A stretch of DNA of 63,151 bases, filler included, from Sphacelaria rigidula (GCA_964200075.2; 11 parts of 11 records of this genome joined end to end with filler, not necessarily neighbours in it), one strand, 5' to 3'; shown: positions 49,523 to 62,954, counted from the whole stretch's first letter. Made by a program: numbers and translations. Notes: generated from the sequence alone by a model not told the origin.

Positions 49523-50694
49523 CACACATGGACAAATAGCACCCTGTGGGGCACGTCAACAAGGTTCAGGGAAACTGTGCAAGGTTTCTCGCGGGGATTT
49601 GACTGTAGGGTATTATTTTGTGTCACACAGAGAGCTTCACAGGGTTTCATCACCCCGTGTAGAATTCATCGCTGTTATTATGCTGTGCAGCCTTTATAGC
49701 ACGCATACAATATACTCCATACAGCATGGGCATGGTACTGGCAGAAAAAAACAGGCTTAGAGACGGCACGGGTAAGACTCGAACTCACGACGTTTTGCTC
49801 GTGAGTGCGTGAGGATGCCTGCTAAGCTACCTGAATTGTTGTGTGCCAGGAAATTACCTTGTGCTTGTAATGACTATCATACAAAAACCTTTCTAAACAA
49901 AAGCACACTCGGTTGAGTGATGTTGGTAGGCTGCGGACCACGAGGTTTTCAAAAGCAATGTGCACTCATATGCGAGGTATACAAACTACCCCAGTATCCA
50001 CGTCTCAAGCGGAAGCGTCGTATCTAAACTCATAGGCGTGTGGACATCAACTCGATCGTGATCAGTGTGTCGGATCTCCATTCAGCAAAAACTGTTGAGA
50101 ATTATCCATCCTTCAGCAATGTAATGGATATAATAATAATAAGAAGAAGAATTAGCCCATGTGCATGGACCGGGAGGCAAAAGGATGAACTACTTTCAAC
50201 ATTTTTTTCTGCTTATTGGATCCCATGTGCTGATAACGGTGCAGTATGCGGGATATGCCCAGCTGACGCTGTTCGCAATAAATCTGTTTTCGCCCAATTT
50301 CCGGATGAAATGGAGGCCAAAGTGAATATTTATTTCGAGCTTTCTCTGCTGTTCAAATTCCAAATCTGCGAGTGTGCATGCGATTTTCACAGCAGAAGAA
50401 GCTATTCGAAATATATCCTTTATTTGCCGAAATAAATTGGGCGAAAAAAGGATCTGTTTTGGATAGCTTCTCCTGCTGTCCGAGATACATTTACACATTT
50501 TGTACCGAAATGAATCTGGAATTTTACAAATTGGGAAGGCCTCTCCACAGGGTTGCTTGCAGGGTTTCGACAAAAACGCTATGCAAAATGCCATTAAAGG
50601 TACTAGCGTTTGCAAATGCTACACAGGGGCTTTCACAAAGACTGTGGAGAACCCTGTGCAGCTCGTCCTACAGGGTGCTATTTGTCCACGTGTG
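49523..50694. mobile_element. Non-autonomous TIR element with CAC termini (CMC-like)
   Basis: TIR CACAC(A/G)TGGACAAATAGCACCCTGT at both ends; CAGGG/CCCTG subterminal motifs; no clear TSD. Confidence 0.6.
49700..49833 (-). mobile_element. tRNA-like head (SINE or tRNA pseudogene), possible CAC anticodon
   Basis: GGTAGCTTAGCAGG ... GCACTCACGAGC ... GAGTTCGAGTCTTAC (B box) followed by a T-run; acceptor stem does not pair well. Confidence 0.5.
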
Positions 50695-52099
50695 CTAACT
50701 CCTAATAACGGCGTGAAGTATTGCGCGTACGCCCGAGGACATGAGCTTGAAACGTGCGAACTCCTACCGACATGGTTCAAGTATGAAAACACCTTTTTTG
50801 GTGAATTATACGTCAATGCGAGAAAAACTGTATGATTTTTTCGAGTTTGTCGACCAACCTTTGTACTTATGCTCCTCGGACCATCCCGGGACGCATCATT
50901 TCATTTATTTTCTTTCGACGACCTTCATTCAGGGGGGATCACCTGAATTCCCAAGGATTGTTCTTCCACCTAGGACCCCCAAATTTCGGTCATCGGAAGC
51001 CCATTTTTCACGGCGTGTAGTTATTTTCAAAAGCTACCAGCAGACGAAGAAGTGGAACCATATTTCGAAGAATCGACGTGGAAGCGATTTTGTTTTCCAG
51101 GTTATCATCCTCAATGAAGAGCTCCATCCTCAATCAGCTCTGAATTGGGCAGGGCACTCCACTTGTTGTGGATAGTGTACTTGTTGTGGATAGTGTACGG
51201 ATATGACACCGTATTCAAATTCTCACATTACATACGGAATAGAGTGTTCCGGCTATGACTTTTGAACGACGATGGATTAGCACTCAAGCTGTGAAGTGGT
51301 ACCGTTAAAAAAAATGCCCATTGTCTTACAAGCTGACCGAGACTGGGTGTGAATTTGTAATATACAGGCCCCGTCTCACCTCAATTTTGAGAGTTGGACT
51401 CTCAAATCTGGTTCTTGTACGGAGACTGAATAGGACATGATGAAAAAAGAATGCGATACATTTTTTTTCATGGGTTAACGGCATATTACTTGAAAATTTC
51501 TCAGTAAAAGTCCCGCCGAATAATGAAAAACAAAAATGTGCCGCACTTTTTTTTTCATAACTTAACAGCAAATTGTGCGAATTGAGGTTTACCTTTGAGA
51601 TGAGGCTCAAGCCTAAAACAGTGTTTTCCCCACACTTTCAGCGATGGTGCCCANNNNNNNNNNNNNNNNNNNNNNNNNNNNNNNNNNNNNNNNNNNNTTA
51701 ATTAATTAANNNNNNNNNNNNNNNNNNNNNNNNNNNNNNNNNNNNNNNNNNNNTGTTTATCTTGCATTTGGATGATAGCCTACAATGAGTTGCTTTATCA
51801 TCTGGTATCGCCACTTCCAGAGATAGGAGGGGTGAACAAACGGAGTAAACTGAACAATCGAACCCAAAACAAAACGACGCAAAACAAGGAACGGGACGGA
51901 ATGGAAAAGAAAGGAGAAGAACTGAAGGGAAAAAGTCCCAATGAAGAAGAAATGGATGAGTAAATAACGGAGTAGAACTAGAAGTGGCCCACCCCTTTGG
52001 CATAGCTTCAGGCCCAAGCCTAGGACTACATTAACGATAAATAAGAGAAGAGAAGACAGACAGGGGTAGGTCAGTTTCCGTGTTGGCCCCGCTTTCCCA

Positions 52100-52585
52100 A
52101 CTCATCCCTAGTCGGGTACAAATCGGGCCACTCACCCGACCATTTCCGTCCTGGATTCCTCGCGAGCTGTCGCTGTTGCTGTGTCAGCGGTGGCGGCTCT
52201 CCGATGGGCGGCTCTCGACGCAGCAACCTGTCGTTCGTGATGATCGTCCGATTGGCGCTTGTTTGTGTTGGCGTCGCCACATGTCCTGGTGCCCTGGTGT
52301 CTTCCAACTCTTCCGCCCGTTTCTCGACTCCAAGATGCCATTTGCCCCATGTTCTTCGCAGCCGTGACCCAATCGTGTGCGTCCTCGCCCTTCACGCTGT
52401 AGGCGAACTATTTCCGCCGTGCTCCTTTGTGTGAAAGAGCCTCTGGTCTACGTAGGTTCTCCTGGAGGGGTCCCCCCCCCAGTGTTCGGAGGGTCGGTCA
52501 GCCTCGTTGTGATCTTGTGCGGATACTTACCCTTTGGAACATAATGCGCTTTGGAAGGCACCTTTCGTCCCGCCAACACGAGTCG
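52100..52585 (-). mobile_element. 3' fragment of an RTE-like LINE
   Basis: RDERCLPKRIMF ... HWG ... DWVTAAKNMG(K)WH; colinear with 29650-30080. Confidence 0.7.
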
Positions 52586-53129
52586 ATCGTCCCAAAGACA
52601 ATGAAACGTGGAATGTAAATACGATTGTCGCTTTCTTCATCTCCCCCCACTCAGCAGGCGTCAATATATCTCAAGGGAGTATCAACATACCTTCATCTTC
52701 CTTCCGGTACATGCCGTGCACTTTTATTTCGAATCATTGGATCATGACATTCAGCTTCCGATGCATGCACACATGTTACTTCATCGATTGGGGTTTTATA
52801 TAGTTTTGTACTGTACTGTGCGCAAAAATGACAGCTGTCCGTGCACCGTTTCCTGACTGCATTACCTTGGTGGAATTTCGATTGCTCTATATTGCTTAGT
52901 CCTGGCCAGCGTTTAGCCCAAATTGGCGAAGAATGAGGAACCAAACTTGAAGCTAACTACCATAGAGTGTTTTTTTCTTCACAGTAGTGCAGTACTGTTA
53001 GGCGCGGCGCATGCATTTTCGACAGGCACAGGGCAGTTTGTTTCCGAACCTATCACGCATCCGTCGGACAGCTCATGAGCTACCCGAACATTACTTCTTA
53101 TTAGTGTACTGATCCGAATCATCAGCTAT

Positions 53130-53480
53130 CAGTGTTGAAAATCGAAAGGAATACATTTTTCGATACGTTTTTTCCAAGTATCGACGGAAAAACGTCGATA
53201 TCGATATTTTTATCGACACTCGGAATATGGCCAAACAGCCGGTTTTCTGGTTTTCTGGGACTTTTTTGCTGTTTTTGAAGGGTCATTTTTGCAAGAAAAG
53301 GGGGGCACCGATGATGTGAATGCACTACTGTACCCCCACCCCTTGTCAGCAGGTGGGGCCCCCGAGAGCGCCAGTTTGCGTATGCAAAAGTATCGAGTTA
53401 CCAACTCGCGATTCCGATACTGAGAAGTGCCGAAAATCTCAATCGATACTTGAAATTTCGATACACGATTTTTAACACTG
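53130..53480. mobile_element. hAT-like MITE (second family)
   Basis: TIR CAGTGTTGAAAATCG / CGATTTTTAACACTG; 8-bp flanks TCAGCTAT/TGAGCTAC (6/8 identical); TCGATA subterminal motifs. Confidence 0.72.
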
Positions 53481-53646
53481 TGAGCTACAGTACCTCGTGT
53501 CGGCTTCCTGTTCCATATTTGCTCCCCATGGCATGTTTTGTTTCTTGTCTTCCTCTGCGGGCTGTTTGATTTATGGGTATGGGTGGTATGCTCCTTGCAT
53601 TCTGTGACCACGGGTTCGAGAGATCGGGCTAATGTGACGACTTTGG

Positions 53647-53750
53647 TAATTGTAGTAATAAGATTAACAAGATTAATAACAATAATTATAATTATAATAT
53701 AATTATTATAATAGTAATCATAATCATAATAATCATAATAATCATAATAA
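53647..53750 (+). repeat. Degenerate (ATA/ATC)n low-complexity tract
   Basis: Seen directly in sequence. Confidence 0.8.
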
Positions 53751-56237
53751 CGATGGACTCCGAGCACGCGGAGTTGCACAAAGGTAGGGCCTTGGCTTCT
53801 CAGACCCTGCTGTTACGTATGTTGTGCTTCTGGACAGCAGGTCTGAGAGTCATCTTCCGTTAGTTATTTTAGGCAGCTCATCACCCGCCCGACATGTGCA
53901 ACCTAGGGTTGGTGACGAGATGAGAGACACACGATGGCACTCACCGCGCCGCAGCCCCTTTTTGCTGGTTTGAAGTACACAGGTCACAGCACGCTCTGCG
54001 GGCATGAAAAAAACTCATGTTTCCCCTCGCCAACACCTTCTATTTCACCTGTGTACACCAACCACTGTGTATGCAGAGCAATAACCACCATGCAGTACAA
54101 TCGTTTGTACTTTCTCTATGCCATCAGTATATCCGTTACGGGGAGCAAATCGATTTTCCCCAACGGAAGGTCTCACGGTGCACTCGTTGTGTTTTGTTGA
54201 AGAGATGGAAATCATGGACATGCCCATTTGGAAAAGTATAATTCAGAGTATATTTTCAACGATTCTTGCTTGGCGAGAAATCTTAGGACTGCCTATATTT
54301 CGGAAATATTGGTGAGATTTGTTTTCATAATTGTCCGCTTTTTTGGAGTGAATTGCGTCTTGAACTTTCCCGCTACTTACCACAACCACGATAGACTCTC
54401 CGGAGCACACCTCCCCACGTCGTAAACGGGGCGCCGAAGTATCATTGGGCCGCCGATAAGTCATGGCGGTCGAGAGAGCACTGACCGTTTCTCCAGGCAA
54501 GTCGAGGGTGTTTTGGAACACTTCCCACGATAGCCCCCCCCCCCTCAAAAGTGCCTGGTTTGGGGGACAAAATCTTCACGTGAATCGAAATGGAAAGAGC
54601 TAAGCACAACAAGCAGCTGGGAATTCTCACGCTTGGGTTCGTTCTCGCCAATGTCGCCCATGTGAGGCGCTTCATGCAGCCTGAACCTTAACATCAGGCG
54701 CTGTGTGCCATTTTTTTTCGTGGCACTTTCGGACTGGTTTTGGGGGGGGGGCTATCGTAGAAAGTGTCCGGAGGGCATTCTGAGTCCGCTTCTCGAGCCC
54801 TGCGGTGTTGGTCCCGAGTAGCCGACACAAGTATGGGAAAGCTGCCAAGCTCAGCTAGCACACACCGAGGAGATAGATAGGAGATGGACCCCTCAAAGAA
54901 ACGTCGGAGTGGGTGGCCGTCGCTTGTTACTCGAACAAAGGCTGCGGCGCTGCGGATTGTAAACAAGCAGAATCGATTTTTTTTTCACGCCCCCATCCCC
55001 CAGATTAAGGGCGAAATACCGCCATTTTCAGGTCTATCGTTTTTCTCGGCCGTTGACCCATGCAGGGTAATACGCGGGGGGAAAGGGGGTTTCAACTAAA
55101 AACGCTGAAGATTTCAAGAACACTTTCGTCTAGGGCATCGGACACGGCCAAGGGCCCGTGTATAGTTAACGGGCTTTACTTATGGCGCATAGGAAGTATG
55201 TCTTTAGAGAGTACAGCGGTACAGTACAGTACAGTGAGTATCGCTGCTCTCTACCGCACTCGCTCGGGCTGCGCTCTGGTGCCCTGAGGCCCCGTTAACC
55301 CAGCATCATTGACGTACGCGGCCGTCGGGATCCGTCCCTCTGGTCCTCGAAAGGTATGCCCTCGCCTCTGACACCTCAGGGCACACGTGCGTGCTATGTG
55401 TGGCTCCATCCCAATGATATCTGCTGTCCAGAGGTATACCCACTGCCTGAAATTCGTGGTGCAACATGGCGCGGTGGAAACCACTCTTGTCGTTGAACAA
55501 GGCTAATCCTGAAGATGATCTTTACTGGGCCATACCTGCAATCGCCCCTACCGTGTAACCCTGACGAGGACAAGGATACATGCTTGCAGTGTCCGTTTAG
55601 CGGCGCAAGATCGTGCACGAACCACGGCTTCGTGGGGTCTATGCTCAACGCTCGAATGAATCCGAACCGCCGCTTCCCCCCCGGACCTATCCATGTGCTC
55701 CCACGACATGAGGCATTCTTCTCGCTACCAGGTGTCGTGTCTCTTGACGGTCAGGCGAATAGTGATTCGTCTGAAAATTACTTGTTTCTAGTGTAATGGG
55801 TTCGTGCCGTGTGAATCAATCCTTGAGCTGACTTTGTTTTCAGCTTTGCACCACAGGCACGCGCACCCCAGGCACGTGAAATAGGGTAAAAAACCCCTGT
55901 AGACTTTTCTGACCCGCGATCATTTTTTTTTCCCCTATTTCTCGAGCAACCAGTCAGCCTCGGAAGTGTGTACATTTGGTGATTCGAGGCAGCGATGATT
56001 CGTCAGACCCTTTAAACTTGCTTTTGACGTCTTCTGCTGGTGCAAAATCGACATGCTCCGCTGGAATTCCATTCGGGAAGGAAAAAACTCGCCTCGGGAA
56101 AACTTTTTTTTTTCTCAAAATGACCGTTGTAAGGACTCACTCCCCTTTGCAGTCCTCGTTCCAAAAATTCTAACAATGTACATTGACCCCTTGGTTTATG
56201 CATGGCAACATCTCGTGGCGGTCAGAGTGGTCCTCGA

Positions 56238-56318
56238 GCAACAACACCCTTTCTCAAAGGCAGCATAACAACACCCTTTCTCAAAGTCAGCACAACAACA
56301 CCCTTCTCAAAGTCACCA
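56238..56318 (+). repeat. 27-bp tandem repeat x3
   Basis: ACAACACCCTTTCTCAAAG(G/T)CAGCA units. Confidence 0.85.
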
Positions 56319-57040
56319 CGGTATCGGAGTGTGCCTGATACAAATCCCTTAGTATCACGAAGAACGACTTCCCATGATGGCCTTTTCCCCACCTTGTCCC
56401 AACCTTTTACGTTCCCGTGCTAGGAGGTATCCACAAGTTAGGGTCCCTCACCAGCTGGGCTTTGTGCGTTCATTTCCTCCTCCGCTTTCTTCGCTAGATT
56501 TGGCTGCGGGGCTTCATGACGCCAGCTGCGCGGTGTTTGTCCTCTGGCGCTACCCACCATGCATATGTGTTTTGTATTGCATACTTTATATGTATTAGAT
56601 ATGTTGCAGCAATGTTTTCAACGGTTAAGGTCTCATCCGCGTTTATCATGGATGAGCTCAGCAATTTCCAGCCCCGGCGCGTCTCCGGGTGCTTTATCGG
56701 TTAGTACTCGCTACTGAAATCGGCAGGGCTTGTGCCCGAATACGCAGAGGCGACCGGGATCGCTGGATTGTTCATGCGGCTGAACTTCCGCAATGTTCAG
56801 GGTGAAGCAAAAAAGTATAGAGTATAATATTCACATATTTGACTCGACCATTCTCTGCCCTAGCCGCTGTAAAACACGCCCTCACTGCGTAAGCTAGGCA
56901 ACCAGGTTACCGTTTTGTCTTTGCGCTTGTTTTTTTTGGGAGGGGGGTAGCATGATGGTGGTCGAGCTGGATCACATTGCGCGGAGTGGGATATGCTCAA
57001 TTCCGCGCAAAGGGGATGATCATACTACGTATTGTTTAAA

Positions 57041-57402
57041 TGGTGAGACACCCATGAGGCAGTGTGGAACCCGTGGCTGTCTCTGGAAGTGGCGATACCA
57101 GAAAATAAAGCAACTCACCGGAGGCTGTCATCCTAATGCAAGATAATCAGTACGCTTCTGACGGAACAATCTTGGTAGGATGAAACCCACCCTTCATGCG
57201 ACTCGCCGAACACATCACGGCGCTTCGCGCTTAGTGATTGCGAACCTGGTCCGGCGAAAATGCGGCGTGCTCCGTTCCGGCTTTGTAGGGATGCGAAGTC
57301 ACTGTTCCAATGACTCTGGTATGCATAATCATGAGTAAACCCCCCCCCCGCCCCCCAGTGAGACACCCATGAGGCACTGTATGAGCCGTGGCTGTGTTTG
57401 GA
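57041..57402 (+). repeat. ~316-bp repeat in head-to-tail tandem, cut by contig end
   Basis: GTGAGACACCCATGAGGCA at 57043 and 57358, separated by one unit ending in a C-run; homologous to 14598-14900. Confidence 0.8.
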
Positions 57403-57789
57403 NNNNNNNNNNNNNNNNNNNNNNNNNNNNNNNNNNNNNNNNNNNNTTAATTAATTAANNNNNNNNNNNNNNNNNNNNNNNNNNNNNNNNNNNNNNNNNN
57501 NNAAAATCAAATCGGACATCGTTAAGGGCTCGTACAAACATAACGATACAGACTTATGGGACAGAGGAAGTATGCCTTTCGACTGTTTTGTAGCAGAACG
57601 TTAGCAACAGTTCGGCCTCTGCTCAGCGTTCATTCATGCTATACTAGTACTCCTGTGAATACTGTTTATACTACTAATACCAACACTACTACAGACGCTA
57701 ATACAAATACTAATATAAATACAATTTTATGTCATCTTTATCATTAATTCTATTAGTCTTGAATGTGTCGCACTTTGAACCCCTCTCCT

Positions 57790-58068
57790 TCATCGGGAGG
57801 AGTCCGTGCTCGCATGGGATCAACGCATCCCTCCTGGGTACACGCCTTGCATTTTTGTCTCGCGGATTGAGTCAGCACTCCCCCAACGCGCCAACTCTAG
57901 TCAAACAAACCCAGTCAGCTACAAAAAAAATGTTTACTCACGGTCTAACGCTATCGACGGTGGAAATCAGATTCCTTCGAAGAAAAAAACAACGTTGGGA
58001 TTCGAACCTCGTTCTCTCAACCCCAATGGTGACAGTCGGGTCATTTTAATTTCACACCACCGGGGCGC
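57790..58068 (-). mobile_element. tRNA-derived SINE, family 2
   Basis: GCCCCGGTGG head, GGTTCGAATCCC B box; body matches 63055-63151. Confidence 0.7.
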
Positions 58069-58129
58069 AGCGGCAATCCAAGTACAGGTAAAAGTATGAC
58101 AAGACATACAACTACATTTACAATCACAA

Positions 58130-58240
58130 ATACAAATATAAATACTGATACTAATACTAATACTAATACTAATACTAATACTAATACTAATATGAATACC
58201 AATACTACTAGTACTAATACTAGCACTGATACTAATACAA
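58130..58240 (+). repeat. (ATACTA)n microsatellite
   Basis: Seen directly in sequence. Confidence 0.9.
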
Positions 58241-58321
58241 CTGCCGCTGCACCTTGAAGAACCAAAAAGCGAAGTGATCCCCCGGAACAATGTGACGAAC
58301 GTACCTTCTCGTTGCAACATA

Positions 58322-58580
58322 CGCCACGGTCCGGCGGTCTAAATTAAAATGGCACTCCAACAATCGGTCAGGGTAGAACGCCGTGGTTCGAATCCCGATT
58401 GATATCTTATATCTCAACATGACCTGCTGGTCTCCGTCATGAAAGCGTGAGATCGCATATAATGAAATATATATATATATATATATATATATATGGAAAA
58501 AAGTGTGAGAGTCGACACAGTGCTGGTCATGATCCAACCCGCAATACCATAACGTCAGGCATGTACTTACTAGGAGAGAG
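58322..58580 (+). mobile_element. tRNA-derived SINE, family 2, diverged, with internal (TA)n
   Basis: AAATTAAAATG and GGTTCGAATCCC shared with the 57790-58068 copy; AGCGTGAGA and TGATCCAACCCGC body remnants. Confidence 0.55.
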
Positions 58581-58724
58581 AAATATGTTGACGGCTCCAG
58601 AGTACCGACTCGTCCAGAGTAATTGGGGGGGGGTCGAAAACATGACGGAATTACAAATAACACACACACGCATACGAGGCGGGAGCAACAAGTTTCAATT
58701 CCACTTCGACGAGCTGAAAAATAC

Positions 58725-60839
58725 CTCTTCTGCTTTGATTTCGAAGCGCTGGCCCTTCCCCGGAGACTCCACGATCACCCCCTTCACGGACACCGACGCC
58801 CCCGTAGATAACCGCTCCACCTCCGAGTAGCTAGGGACATCCGACGGAATCACCACCTGAAAATACAAAAACAAAGAGCAGAGCAGCCGTAACGCCCTTG
58901 TCGCCAGTGCAAGCTCCAACTGTCACGTGCTGGCGGGGTGACATGTGCGCGGGCGTGTTCATGCGTGTTTGTCCATGAGCATCGTTGACGTGATCTGCAC
59001 GTCATGGCACAACCAGACAGTACAGCGCAGTGTGATGATGACTGCAGTACAGCTCTGTACGGTAAAGTATAACCAGCAGGACAGTATCAAGATGGCGCAA
59101 CAGTTCGGGAGTATGTATGACTCTGTGTTATCATACAGGTGGCCACCAATTTTGGAGCGTCACCGAACATGACTCATGTCCCTGTAATAGCCAGGTCAGA
59201 TCGGAGCATGGGGAACTAAGGCACGAAAACGCAGCGAAAGCGGCTCTTGACATTGCCGGAGGGAAAAACCAACCATGCACGGCGACGGGCAGATTTCTGC
59301 TGCCTCCTTGCGCCTGCAGGGTTGATTGTCCGAAGTTTTGGAGCAAAATTCCTCCGGTGACATACTGGCTGGCTACAAAGCGCTCGCCGCAAAAAGGCAG
59401 AACAGGTGGCTACTTGATCGCGGATTCCGTTTCATAGCTGTCGAACGGCATTCCGGTGCATAGTCATCGCTCGCTCGCCCCCTTCAGGTCCTGCGGTATT
59501 GCTTCCGGCTATTTGTAGGTACTCTTATTGGAATTTCAGGTATATAGCTGTTCGAATAAATGGACGATTTCAGGTAAACCTGCTGCGTTTCCCGTCGTAC
59601 TCACGTCATCTTGCATTCACGGCCAATCAGACGGTAGCACTTGGAGCAGTTTTTGCTGTTGCGCACAGTTATCGCCGTAGTTTGTTGCATGTGTCTCAAT
59701 AGTGGCCGAAAAAAGCGGCGAAATTTCCCGTGTTCGGGAGAAAATACGACTCTTTTATGCATGACTCGCCACGAATACTGAATACACAAAATGTCCTAGA
59801 CGTGCCTGGGTATACCTGAACGTGCATTTTCATTGCTCCAAGGTGTGTATGAAACAAGCACAACAAATAAATATATAGAAAATATGACTCCCGATCTGGC
59901 ACGTGCAATATTTCATCATTACGTTTCCACGACTTCATATCGACTACCAGACAATGCCGGAAGAGACGTGACGAAGCACAATTAAAGTAGATTGACGGGG
60001 AAAACACACGCTCATGCACGTAACGAGTGTGCTTGTAGTATTTTGTGTGCTTCAACAAGGGTTATCATCTGTTTTTCCTCTCCATCGATGACAAAGAAGA
60101 AAGCAGAAAGCGGCATATGCCGGGTAACGAGGAACCACGACTGCTGCTGTAGCAATCGCGCATGGACGCACCTGCACACCCTTCATGCAGGAGCCGTCGT
60201 TGACCTCGACGAAAGAAAACGTTTTCTGGTCTCGCTTCGTACGTACCCACCCCTTCACCGCCACGCTCTTGCCCAACAAAGAATCGTCGTTCGCCTGATC
60301 ATAAATAAGCAGCACAACAACGACAAAAACAACAACAACAGTGACAACCGCAGCGGGCTGTTACCGGGCAACCTAAGCACTGACACAACAACACTACCAG
60401 CAAACCGCACATAAGCAGACCACAACGATATCAACGACATCCATCGACCGACCACAAACGACAACCGAACAGCAATCACCAACACTCAACGCAAAAAAAA
60501 CAGACCAAACCTCCATGATCGCCTTGACTCGCGTACGCTTGGCCCGTCCCCCAGTTCCCGAAGCTAACGCCACGCCCCCTACTACATCGCCCACGTCCGC
60601 GGCGGACGTCGCCCCCACCGAAGCATCAATTACGGCCCCTGCCGCCCCAGCTCCGGTAGAAGAATCAGCACTCTTGCACATTCGTCGCGTGAGTACCCTT
60701 CGCCCCTGCAGCTGCATCTGCCTCGTGTGCTGCTGCTGTTGTGACCACCGCCCCGCTGTAGCTCTACCTGCGGTTGCTGGTGACGTGGCCGCCAAGGCGC
60801 GCGGACGCCTGGCATAGTTACCGCCAGTGCCTACGATGC
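58725..60839 (-). CDS. NARS2: Organellar asparaginyl-tRNA synthetase, 5' exons 60511-60839, 60172-60294, 58725-58856 (partial; possible first exon 61100-61130)
   Basis: OB-fold [28 protein letters not shown]...[23 protein letters not shown] is typical of bacterial-type AsnRS. Preceded by an R/S/T/A-rich transit-like peptide; GT-AG introns, phase 0. Confidence 0.9.
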
Positions 60840-62370
60840 CTGCTGGTCGAAACCGAAAAACAATTTGCGAGGATTGGTGAGTTGTTCGGCTGAGGATTGA
60901 AAGTCGCTTCGAAAAACGACACCAACCACAGGCATTTGTCACCTACGTGGGTCAACGCCTTGTCCAGTGGGTCACTTTGTCTGGTCGAACTCCTAGAGAT
61001 AGGGATGACTCGGCAACAGCCACGCACAGCGGATAGGCAGCAGATGTTCGACTCTAGCCAATCAGCCACCAGCTTTTCGCCTCAAGGTCCATCACTTACC
61101 TGGGGTAGATGGAGCTATTTGCCTGTGCATGGCAGGTTGGCTAATTAACCATAAGCAGGTGCACTGGACAACCGAACAGGCGTAGAGTCCTGGAACATTG
61201 TTCCCGAGGGTCATTAGTGGATGGTGAATTCACGCCATCTAGTGGGGATTCGACATGTCGGACATACCAGGATTTGTGTACGAAGATGATAAGGGCCAGG
61301 AACCTGCAAACGGTTCCGCGCCACTACCACAGGCGAGTGACAGCACTACTGCGCACATGCGAAATTGTTCAAGAACAAGCGTATACCCTTCGAAGCGCCC
61401 CCTCTTGAGTCCATCTGATGAACCAGCGTCATGTTCTCCTGGTTCATTACTTGTCATACACGGCTAGCTGTCCATCTGTTCGGACCCAACTAGGGGCCAC
61501 ACTCAACCCTCGCTCGTCAGCACAGCGTACACCCTCTGGTTAGGAGTGCAGATGCGCTGCCGTTTACCGGATGGGTGACGTACTTACGGGTCTCCCACTG
61601 AGCTACTTATTTCGACAACAACTCCATCAGCTCAACTTGACATGATTTCTACGGCTGTATCAATCCCCCTAAGTACCATCTCACCCATCGCCTTGGCTTG
61701 GCGGAAGGTAGCTGCAGAGCGCTGAGCTGTGGTGGACAAAGCCGCACCTCGAGCCGAAGTCACGACGGCATGCTGTACGAAGCCCAACGATGGCCGACAC
61801 GCTGAGCCACACGGTGGACGGCACAATAGAGTGGAGGAGAAGGGGGAAGGAGGCAAGTTATTGCGCGGATGCCTCGAAAGACTGCGCGCGGCGTTACGTC
61901 GGCCACGTTTCCTCTCTCATGCACTTTAAAACGCCTCCATATATTTTATATATGACGAAAACTACGAGTTTTGGGACTAGACGCTGGTTTTGCAACGAGA
62001 CGTCGCACACTCGATCCGCACTTGATCCGGACAAAAACTGCAGCACGCTGCTAGGACGACCGGTTTTGAGAGCAACAGTAATGCATCCCGTGTGCGAGCA
62101 AGATATAATCGACGGTATACAGCAAAATAAGGTGGCATGGGATAACGAAGGGACGAATTTATCGCTGTGTTGGTGTTTTCCACCACCACCGCGTGGATCA
62201 GCGATGGTATGGCGGGACACTGCTGCTCTCGCACTGCACCGCTTCCTGCGTAACAAAAGCGACGTCCGTAGTCCCGGGGTCATGAGCCATCTATCGTCAA
62301 ATGTTCAGCGTGGATATATCACTCTATTCAACTGAACAGCCTGGTTGAAGTCCGATAGCGTCTTCAGCAG

Positions 62371-62778
62371 AAGATCCTGAGAAATGGGGCTTAACAAAAA
62401 ATGAGGTTCAGCTCCAAAACAGTGCTTCCCCTGACATGAAGTCATGGCGAATGAATTTCATACAGACTACCAAATTCCCTCTGATCCCCCTCAACCTACT
62501 TTTGGGGGTTTCCAGCCTTCCGTTGCCCCGAAGGGTATATGCGAAAGCACGATTTTTGGGCCAAAAAGCGCCCCCTTCTTCACCCTAAAATCGAGGCAGA
62601 AATGTGCGTTCGCACATAACCTTTGGGAGAACGGAAGGCTAGAAATCCGCCGAAATAGTTTCAGGGACGTCGGGAGGGATGAGGCCGTCCATATGAAAGT
62701 CATAGGTCATGACTTTAGGTCAGCGAAAGCATGGAGTTGAACCTCACTTTTTTGTTCAACCCCTTTTCTCAGGATCTT
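62371..62778. mobile_element. Foldback/Mutator-like MITE with ~120-bp TIRs
   Basis: AAGATCCTGAGAAA(T/A)GGGG..AACAAAAAA..TGAGGTTCA(G/A)CTCCA inverted at both ends; TSD unclear. Confidence 0.75.
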
Positions 62779-62954
62779 ATCTTCTTTGATGGAGTGGCTA
62801 TTAAACCGCCTTGATCATGGTGCAAGCTCTGCCTAGGTATCTGCTTTCTGGTGACCGTTGGGCTGACATCAAAAGCAGATACTATACCTCGCATTCTACC
62901 TATTTTTTCGGACAACCATGATATGCACGTGATCCAGGCATCATGAGCAGTTCA

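Noticed and set aside
51161..51198. 19-bp direct duplication ACTTGTTGTGGATAGTGT
   Set aside because: A simple local tandem duplication with no associated structure.
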